64,000 nucleotides of DNA from Bifidobacterium breve. Its GTDB lineage: Bacteria > Actinomycetota > Acidimicrobiia > IMCC26256 > JAENVU01. The stretch lies in NCBI GenBank assembly GCA_945865605.1, contig CAMBEL010000002.1, positions 24,473 to 88,472 of the forward strand. Reading direction: 5' to 3'. Shown piece after piece: positions 36,783 to 43,061 of the stretch (its first letter is position 1; each line of letters begins with the position of its first letter). The position numbers and the translations under genes are program-made. The notes below the pieces were generated by a model. It did no database searches, had not been told where the DNA came from, and saw only the letters and a program-made list of their open reading frames with translations.

Positions 36783-36947
36783 CTAAGGCCAATCCAATGT
36801 TGAGAACAGTTGAACTATCTGCAAGCCAAGGATTACCACTATTCCTAGTATTACCGCGGCGATGCAGGATACTAAAATCGCATACTCGACAGACGCCGCA
36901 CCGCGGCAATTTGTGTTTTGTGGGTTCAAGAACTCGCGGCCGTTCAT
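36783..36947 (-). CDS. flp: Flp-family pilin, copy 2
   Basis: 54 aa: MNGREFLNPQNTNCRG/AASVEYAILVSCIAAVILGIVVILG... The G/xxxxEY prepilin site is followed by a hydrophobic helix. Start at the internal ATG at 36947; no clear Shine-Dalgarno. Confidence 0.75.
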   Translation of the reverse strand: MNGREFLNPQNTNCRGAASVEYAILVSCIAAVILGIVVILGLQIVQLFSTLDWP

Positions 36948-37011
36948 AATTGTTGTTCGACTAGTTGGCCCTGGTGCTCTTTCGCCCCAGGGCCAACTAG
37001 CCAAGTTGGAA

Positions 37012-37188
37012 CTACGGAAGGTTGTCCACGACGGTCTGGAATGCATCCCTGATTGTCGTTCCGAGCAGTGCCACCACCACAACGATTACGGCTGCGATAA
37101 GAGCGACTAGAAGGCCATACTCGACCGCAGTCGCGCCCTGCTCTTTGGTCTGCAACCTCAGCCACAGCGCCTGCATAAAGTGTGTCAT
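37012..37188 (-). CDS. flp: Flp-family pilin, copy 1
   Basis: 58 aa: MTHFMQALWLRLQTKEQG/ATAVEYGLLVALIAAVIVVVVALLG... AAGGAGA Shine-Dalgarno 7 nt upstream of the ATG at 37188. Confidence 0.85.
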   Translation of the reverse strand: MTHFMQALWLRLQTKEQGATAVEYGLLVALIAAVIVVVVALLGTTIRDAFQTVVDNLP

Positions 37189-37264
37189 TAGGTGTTCTCC
37201 TTTGAGATAGTTGGTTGCGAGACGCGTTGTTCGTGCCTCCGACGGCATTGTAAACTGATCTTCG

Positions 37265-37291
37265 ACGAAAAAGAGTCCCCAAATTAGGGGA
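37265..37291 (-). terminator. Weak hairpin + U-tract between the response regulator and flp (possible attenuator/terminator)
   Basis: On the minus-strand RNA: UCCCC-UAAUUU-GGGGA followed by CUCUUUUUCG. The stem is only 5 bp. Confidence 0.3.
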
Positions 37292-37312
37292 AGAAACGAG
37301 AACCGATCCGGA

Positions 37313-38032
37313 TTACCTATGCTCGAAACGCTCTTTTTCTGACGGTATGATCCAACTGCGTTCGGTGGCCATAGCGACTGCTGCCAGTTGAGAGTGCACA
37401 TTTAGTTTGCGCAAGATCGTCTTTACGTGCGAGCGAACGGTTGCGACAGAGATAAATCGGTCTTCGGAGATCTGCTCCGCACTACAGCCCGTGACCATGT
37501 CTCCCAGTATTTCTCGTTCCCGTGCCGTGAGCGCATCGAACGGCTCGAATCTCGTCCTTTCGGCTTTCCTGGAGTTATTGAGTTCCGTCATGTAAAGGGA
37601 CCGTTCGATTTCACTTAGCAAGTCTGCGCCTGACGCCACGGCAACGATGCTCGCTAACAGATCATCGAATTTGCTCGTCTTGCTCAACAGGCCGGTAGCG
37701 CCAGCTTCAAGACACTCGGCGAGGCGAATCCGGTCCGTCACTCCCGTCATCATGATGACCTCTGCTCCAAGCGATCGGATGCGTGGGATAAGACTCAGCG
37801 AACTTCCGATTTCGCCGCCTAGGTCCAGATCGAGCAATGCAATATCAGATTCACGCTCCTGAAAGAACGCGATGACGTTGTCGCTCGACAGAATCGGCAC
37901 AACTTGAACATTGACACCGGCATGTTGGAGTGCGAACGCAAGCGATTCGGCGAGAAGATCGTGGTCCTCGACAATCGTGATTTCTTTGAGCGTCGTGCTC
38001 GGTTCATGGCGGGCTGCCGCGCGAGCCTTCAT
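37313..38032 (-). CDS. Response regulator, NarL/LuxR family
   Basis: Receiver domain (ITIVEDHDLL ... DIALLDLDLG ... VIMMTG) plus a LuxR HTH (REREILGDMVTGCSAEQISEDRFISVATVRSHVKTILRKL). The ATG at 38032 forms an ATGA overlap with the kinase stop. Confidence 0.9.
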   Translation of the reverse strand: MKARAAARHEPSTTLKEITIVEDHDLLAESLAFALQHAGVNVQVVPILSSDNVIAFFQERESDIALLDLDLGGEIGSSLSLIPRIRSLGAEVIMMTGVTDRIRLAECLEAGATGLLSKTSKFDDLLASIVAVASGADLLSEIERSLYMTELNNSRKAERTRFEPFDALTAREREILGDMVTGCSAEQISEDRFISVATVRSHVKTILRKLNVHSQLAAVAMATERSWIIPSEKERFEHR

Positions 38033-39573
38033 GTCGCGGCCCTCCACAGCGGAAGCTCTGCGTCGTGCCGGGTGGAGGCGACAGACTGTTTCAGGGCGAG
38101 TACGAAGCTGGTTCCGCCACCAGTCCGCGGCTCGACCCAGAGTTCAGCAAGCATTTCGTTCGCGATCTCGCGTGCAATTGCGAGTCCCAGTCCGTCACCA
38201 TCCGCAACCTTGCTCAGTCTCACTCCCGGATCAAAAATGCGCTCGCGTTCGGCTTGCGGTATTCCTGGTCCGCGGTCCTCTACTACTACATGCAGCCTTT
38301 CCCCATTGACGTAAGTGCGAACCGCAACGGGAGAGCCGACGGCATGGCGGCGAGCATTCGAGATTAGGCCGTGGATAATCTGCGCAACTCCGGCGGGACG
38401 TCCGTAGACAAGCGCCTCGCTGTCGAGGTTCCATGAGACTTGCCACCCCGCAGCGGCACACAGTTCAAGTACCGGTGTCAGGCACTCTGCTAGCGCGAAG
38501 CGGCCGATCATGTGGTCAACATGACTATTCCCTCGGGTTAGGAGTTCGTTAAGGCGGTCTAGTTCGGCCGCGACAGCCGAGGAAATTCGAGAGTCGGCTT
38601 GGACGTCCACAAGCATGCGCATGCCGCCAGCGATTGCGGTCACGCTCGACCGGGCTTCGTGCAACTGCTTGGCGCGGGCTTCTTCTACATGTTGAAGTCG
38701 CTCCTCGGCCTGAGCATGGTCGAGCTGTGCGTCGCGTGCGGTAGAACGGTTCGCTGCAGCAATAGTCGTTACGGACCAGATCTCTCCTACCGTTGCCGAA
38801 CTCAACGCGAAACACAGGAATGTTGTGTATCCCAAAAATCCCAGGCCTGTGTCGAGGAGTGCTGATATCAAGGAGGCGCTTCCCAACGCGATGAGACACG
38901 GCGCTAGCCAGATCAAGTCTGACTTCTCGTGCCGGTTCTGGATGAACAACAGCGCGCATGAGGCGTACCCCGCAGCGATGGCCAACTCGAGGATCATCGA
39001 GTATCCCGCGTTGGTGATTGCGATGGAGCCGACGAAGGTAATTACAAGCGCGATGGTTGTGAAGAGCGCGGCCTTCAAGAAAGGAATCGATGCGTCGACA
39101 TCGGGCGTATACAAACTCTTAACGAAGAGCAATAGTGCCACCGTGAATGCCGCTGCCGTGACGGTGGTTGCCTCCCACCTCGGTATCTCCGGCGACGCCG
39201 TGGCGAGCACAGCGGCGCCGATGAGAAGTAGCGCGCATCCGGACCACCATGCTGGGGCAGTTCCGTTGAGTCGCCAACGAAGTAACGCCGTCCCGCCGGC
39301 CACAAGCCCGAGAGTGCCGGAAGCCGCAATCATTCGCGAAGCAAGCGTGGCCGCGTCGCGCAAGGCGATCGCGTTGGCTGCCACGAGTCCTGCCCCTATC
39401 CAGACGACTGCGAGAGCGATAAGAATCGCAGCATGTCTGAGTTCGTGCGACGTTGGAGTTGCGCCAATCCCGTCACGCCGGTCCAACCCCTGGTAGCGAT
39501 CCCCTGCGACAACCATTGGCACTTCCTCTTTGCGACCTAAAAGCATTGCCATGTGGTCGTCCAGGCTACGCAC
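38029..39573 (-). CDS. Membrane sensor histidine kinase (about 8 TM helices + HisKA + HATPase_c)
   Basis: By my reading of the hydrophobic stretches there are eight helices. H-box LHEARSSVTAIAGG. N/G boxes NARRHA, DRGPGIP and GLGLAIAREIA. GTG start. Confidence 0.85.
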   Translation of the reverse strand: MRSLDDHMAMLLGRKEEVPMVVAGDRYQGLDRRDGIGATPTSHELRHAAILIALAVVWIGAGLVAANAIALRDAATLASRMIAASGTLGLVAGGTALLRWRLNGTAPAWWSGCALLLIGAAVLATASPEIPRWEATTVTAAAFTVALLLFVKSLYTPDVDASIPFLKAALFTTIALVITFVGSIAITNAGYSMILELAIAAGYASCALLFIQNRHEKSDLIWLAPCLIALGSASLISALLDTGLGFLGYTTFLCFALSSATVGEIWSVTTIAAANRSTARDAQLDHAQAEERLQHVEEARAKQLHEARSSVTAIAGGMRMLVDVQADSRISSAVAAELDRLNELLTRGNSHVDHMIGRFALAECLTPVLELCAAAGWQVSWNLDSEALVYGRPAGVAQIIHGLISNARRHAVGSPVAVRTYVNGERLHVVVEDRGPGIPQAERERIFDPGVRLSKVADGDGLGLAIAREIANEMLAELWVEPRTGGGTSFVLALKQSVASTRHDAELPLWRAAT

Positions 39574-39630
39574 TGTCTTTAGGTGCCTGTTGTGGGTGTC
39601 GGAACTATTAGGAGTATTATATTTACCCCG

Positions 39631-40782
39631 TCAAGATATATATCGGGCATAGCGGTCGGTTGGTTCATCAAATACTACTTCGGCCAATTGACGGAAGGCC
39701 TTTGCGATCCCAGATCGAGGAGCGAGAGTCTGGATTGGCAAGCCCTGGTTCATCGCCAGTGGCACAACGCGATCGCTCGGAAGGAGCACAGAGGGTTCCA
39801 TTCCTACGATTTCGGCAATCTCGCCGTTCGTAATGCCAACTTTGGCGTCGGCGCGATTAAGTACGAAAAATCTCCGTGCTTCGGTGATGCCAAGTTCGTC
39901 GAGCGCGGAGATGTAGCGACGGAGACTCTCTGCTCCTGCCCGTTCACTGCCACATACCAGAGCTATATCCGTTGCGTGTTTGATAGCTGCGATGGTATTG
40001 ATATCGAGGCCTGCCGCTGTGTCGACGACGACGTTTGCGAACTCTTGGGCCAGCAACCCGATGGTGTCTTCTAAATGCCGGGGACTGATGCCTTCTGTCT
40101 TGAGCGGAGATTCGGGAGCACAAAGGGCGTAGAGCCCGCTGCTATGACTCGTGAGGAAAGCTTTGACGGTCGTGCTGTTGGGGACGGCTAAAGACTGTGC
40201 TATGTCGTACCAAGTCTGTTCGGGATTCAGTAAGAGGGCGGTAGACACGTCACCGAACAAAAGGTCGCAGTCGACGATAACGGTTCGCTCTCCATCTTGC
40301 TGAGCAAGCCCGACCGCGAGATTGGTGGACACCGTGGTCTTACCTACTCCGCCCTTCGGTGCAAGGACAGCGAGTACGCGGCCTGTCGCGTTGGGAACCG
40401 CGCTTACAAATTTGTTCCGCCGCCGTCTCGCTGCTTCAAGCGCGGCGGCCGCTGATGTGCGCAGTAGTTCTTCATTCGAGTCACCGGCTATCACTTCTCG
40501 GATACCGGACCGCGCAGCTCGGCTGAATATCTCGTCGGTCGGTTGCGCCATCAAGACGACGACGACCTCTGGATGTCGAAGGTCGATGGTGTCCGCGATA
40601 CCGAAAGCCGTTTCTTTATCTAGGTCAGGACCGAGTATTACAACCAGCGGGTCGTGGTTGGCGATACCCTCCATGACCTCGGAACTGGTGGTCGGACAAA
40701 GTGCAACTTGATACTGATCACTCGGCAGCGCAGAGCGGATGCGCCTTTCGTGAGCACCGGGACCAGCGAGCAGAAAACTCAT
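39631..40782 (-). CDS. Second TadZ/CpaE-type ATPase paralogue (receiver-like domain + MinD/ParA domain)
   Basis: Same architecture as 33399-34592, with parallel blocks along the length. LAPKGGVGKTT deviant Walker A. GGGAGG Shine-Dalgarno before the ATG at 40782. Confidence 0.8.
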   Translation of the reverse strand: MSFLLAGPGAHERRIRSALPSDQYQVALCPTTSSEVMEGIANHDPLVVILGPDLDKETAFGIADTIDLRHPEVVVVLMAQPTDEIFSRAARSGIREVIAGDSNEELLRTSAAAALEAARRRRNKFVSAVPNATGRVLAVLAPKGGVGKTTVSTNLAVGLAQQDGERTVIVDCDLLFGDVSTALLLNPEQTWYDIAQSLAVPNSTTVKAFLTSHSSGLYALCAPESPLKTEGISPRHLEDTIGLLAQEFANVVVDTAAGLDINTIAAIKHATDIALVCGSERAGAESLRRYISALDELGITEARRFFVLNRADAKVGITNGEIAEIVGMEPSVLLPSDRVVPLAMNQGLPIQTLAPRSGIAKAFRQLAEVVFDEPTDRYARYIS

Positions 40783-40800
40783 TGTTTCCTCCCGCTAAAT

Positions 40801-40815
40801 GACGCGACGCGACGC
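40801..40815. repeat. (GACGC)x3 perfect pentanucleotide tandem repeat in the leader of the second tadZ paralogue
   Basis: Read directly at 40801-40815, 19-33 nt upstream of the ATG at 40782 (minus strand). Confidence 0.8.
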
Positions 40816-40842
40816 CGCGGCGCACGTTCCTGTCGGAATCAA

Positions 40843-40853
40843 TAGTTCGAGTC
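40843..40853. repeat. T-loop-like 11-mer TAGTTCGAGTC, an inverted copy of the element at 28159-28169
   Basis: Exact reverse complement of 28159-28169. It lies in the 250-bp gap between the last Tad-cluster start and tRNA-Arg. It shares GTTCGAGTC with the tRNA T-loop. Confidence 0.5.
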
Positions 40854-41034
40854 TCATGGTGCCCACCCGTGGCGTCATTGGAATCTGATCGCCTCTAGAA
40901 CGTAGCGAAGAATTGCTACCGGATGCTGGTAAACCAAGGTTTTTGGGCGAATGACAACTTTTTTAAAGCGACAAATACATCCAAAGTTCGGATACCGCTG
41001 CGCGCTGCCGAGGCTCTGGTCTGGGGGAATACGG

Positions 41035-41106
41035 TGCCCTCGGCAGGACTCGAACCTGCGCACACGGCTCCGGAGGCCGATGCTCTATCCACTGAGCTAC
41101 GAGGGC
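41035..41106 (-). tRNA. tRNA-Arg (anticodon CCG), CCA not encoded
   Basis: Manual fold of the reverse complement: acceptor GCCCTCG/CGAGGGC; D arm GCTC-AGTGGATA-GAGC; anticodon arm TCGGC-CTCCGGA-GCCGT (anticodon CCG); T arm GCAGG-TTCGAGT-CCTGC; discriminator A. Confidence 0.9.
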
Positions 41107-41149
41107 AGGGCGCTCGATGGTAACAGCGACCGGTACCTGCGGACCTTGC

Positions 41150-41824
41150 TCAGGTCGTCTCGGTGCCGCTTACTAAGTGGGGGGCGATAGTGCGGTTGAG
41201 GGCATGAAGCGTCGCGCGTGCCGAAGCCTCGATGCTGTCGTTGCCCGCTGCGATACCTGCGCGACGAACTCCCTCGCCCGTTTCAAGTTGACAGGAAATT
41301 AAGGCGTAGTCAGCAGTTGCATCGTCGAGTTCGTCCGCTCGGATGGGAGTTATATCGATGTCGTGTAAAAACTCGCGTAGTCCGCGAACGGTCGCAGTCA
41401 CAGCTCCGAATGGGCCGTCGCTCGCTGCACCTCGGCCGATTATCCGGCGACCTTCATAGGTCAGATGCACTTCGAGTTCGTCGGTATCTGGGAACGTGAG
41501 CACCGCGAGCAGGCGAACCCTTTGTTCGCGGTTCACTGCTGGAGCAGAAGCATCGAGCGTCAGTTGGGCCGCATCAGGGACGACAGGCTCGGTGTACGAC
41601 GGGATGCTGTTCCGGCTGTCCTGCCAGCGAACTATCTCAACTGCGATGGGCTGATCTGAGTAGCGGCAAGCAATTTCGGTAGCGGTTAGCGGCAAGCCAG
41701 CGCCGCCGTGGTCGTTGGCGACCTGCACCTGAACCACCAAGACACTCCCGCATTCCGTGAAGCCGACCGAGCGCACACCGGGGGTCATGCGCAGTTCGAA
41801 CTCAAGATCGTCGCGGTTTGTCAC
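41150..41824 (-). CDS. Hypothetical protein; the C-terminal half resembles the LeuA allosteric (dimerisation) domain
   Basis: 224 aa with a GTGA overlap with the upstream GGDEF gene. The C-terminal pattern GRGAASDGPFGAVTATVRGL ... ADYALISCQLETGEGVRRAGIAAGNDSIEASARATLHALNRT parallels the LeuA regulatory domain as I recall it. The domain call is tentative. Confidence 0.55.
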   Translation of the reverse strand: MTNRDDLEFELRMTPGVRSVGFTECGSVLVVQVQVANDHGGAGLPLTATEIACRYSDQPIAVEIVRWQDSRNSIPSYTEPVVPDAAQLTLDASAPAVNREQRVRLLAVLTFPDTDELEVHLTYEGRRIIGRGAASDGPFGAVTATVRGLREFLHDIDITPIRADELDDATADYALISCQLETGEGVRRAGIAAGNDSIEASARATLHALNRTIAPHLVSGTETT

Positions 41825-42768
41825 GACGAGTTGACCTTCGATCGGCTGCGGCGGGCTTCCTTGGCTTCGTAAAGCCTCGCATCGGCGATGGTAAATAAAT
41901 CATCCATGGAGTCTGCGTCAATTGGGCATTGGGCGACGCCGTACGAGAATGCAGGACAACTGCGATTACCCACATTCGCGGCCCCTACGCGTTCTAAGAG
42001 CATCGGCACGTTGTCTGGATCGGTGTCGGGGAGAATCAGTGCAAACTCGTCGCCTCCGATGCGTGCCGCGTTGTCGCCGATTCTGAGAACGGTTTGGAAA
42101 CGAGCGCTGAGCGCGCGTAGGGCTGCATCGCCCGCTTGGTGACCTTGTGAGTCGTTGATCTCTTTGAGGTTGTCGACATCTATGACTACCAGCGTGAGCG
42201 TCATCTGGCGCCGATTAGCGCGCGCAACCGAACTTTCAAGGAGGCTATCGAAACTGCGCCGCATCAAGAGCCCGGTCAGTTCGTCGTGCCACGCGTCGTG
42301 ACGCAGCGCATCCATTTGAAGAGCAACGGTGCATAGGTTCGCGATGAGAGCGGTATCTACAAGGCCCTTGGGCAACGGTGGTTCCAGGTATACGCCCGGT
42401 TGCTTGTCGAGCAGCGATTCAGCGCCTGGTCCATGTAGCGGCTTTCGTCCGGCCCGAAACACCTGCCTCCCGAGCGCAGCGCAGTCGACCACTACAGCGG
42501 CATCGGTAAGCCCGTGTTCAGCGACAAGGCTGTCGAGAACTTCGTAAATGATTGCAAGGCCCGTGGCGTTATCCGCTAAACGAGTCGAGAGCACTGTCCC
42601 GAGTTCGCTTGTCATAGCCGCTTCACCGCTGTTGTTGCTCTGGGCCGCATCATCTACCTCGGTCTGGGGGACCGCGGCCAGAATCGGTTTGAGCGGATGT
42701 GTCGCGGCAGACCCACTATTGGCGAGGAGCGCCTCCAGCCCGCGTCCAAGCCCGCTTCGTTGTACCAC
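41821..42768 (-). CDS. GGDEF-domain diguanylate cyclase with an N-terminal ParB-like GLGRGLEALL peptide
   Basis: GGDEF blocks HDELTGLLMRRSF, DVDNLKEINDSQGHQAGD and IGGDEFALILPD. The N-terminus reads (V)VQRSGLGRGLEALLANSG, translated from the GTG at 42768. Confidence 0.9.
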   Translation of the reverse strand: MVQRSGLGRGLEALLANSGSAATHPLKPILAAVPQTEVDDAAQSNNSGEAAMTSELGTVLSTRLADNATGLAIIYEVLDSLVAEHGLTDAAVVVDCAALGRQVFRAGRKPLHGPGAESLLDKQPGVYLEPPLPKGLVDTALIANLCTVALQMDALRHDAWHDELTGLLMRRSFDSLLESSVARANRRQMTLTLVVIDVDNLKEINDSQGHQAGDAALRALSARFQTVLRIGDNAARIGGDEFALILPDTDPDNVPMLLERVGAANVGNRSCPAFSYGVAQCPIDADSMDDLFTIADARLYEAKEARRSRSKVNSS

Positions 42769-43061
42769 TTGGTTTCTTTTCTTAAACGTTGCATCACCAC
42801 GCCCCGGTGTCGATCGCTTAGTTCGCTTGGCTGATCGTGCAGTCTGAATGTACCGTTTGTGAAGATGGTACCAGTACGCATTCCTGGTTGCGGACGCTCC
42901 ATTCTCTCCGCTGTTTCGCCCGGGTCGAACGGTTGATCCTGGTTTTATCTTGCGCGGTTGTACCTACTGCGTGTGCGATGCTAATTATGACGGTGCCTTG
43001 CGAGGCTCCCCGCATCGCTAAACCTGCCAGATCCCCAAAACAACCAACGAGACGCCGGATT

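Larger units (their letters stand above)
28146..41106 (-). mobile_element. Possible ancient tRNA-Arg-associated genomic island carrying the Tad cluster (no integrase present)
   Basis: The cluster abuts the 3' side of tRNA-Arg. T-arm-like short repeats occupy both flanking gaps. I see no recombinase and have no composition analysis, so this is a weak call. Confidence 0.25.

Noticed and set aside
39574-39630. Candidate promoter for the histidine kinase: a perfect TATAAT (reverse complement of 39616-39621) with a TTGACG nearby
   Set aside because: The TTGACG lies only 7 nt from the TATAAT rather than about 17, so it is not a canonical sigma-70-type pair. The -10 box alone may still function, but I cannot support a promoter call from sequence alone.
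40795-40857. 20-codon upstream ORF (MRLELLIPTGTCAAASRRVI) ending 12 nt before the second tadZ paralogue
   Set aside because: It has no Shine-Dalgarno and no conservation evidence, and ORFs this short arise by chance. I mention it only because it covers the (GACGC)x3 repeat and could in principle be a leader peptide.
40875-41063. 62-aa ORF on the minus strand overlapping the tRNA-Arg 3' end
   Set aside because: It overlaps a well-folded tRNA gene, and has no Shine-Dalgarno and no motif. It is most likely spurious.
42837-43061. 75-codon N-terminal extension of argS (MQSECTVCEDG...)
   Set aside because: It has no resemblance to ArgS N-termini, is Cys/Arg-rich, and lies in the divergent promoter region shared with the GGDEF gene. 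A GTG at 43062 gives a normal-length enzyme. The exact start remains uncertain.
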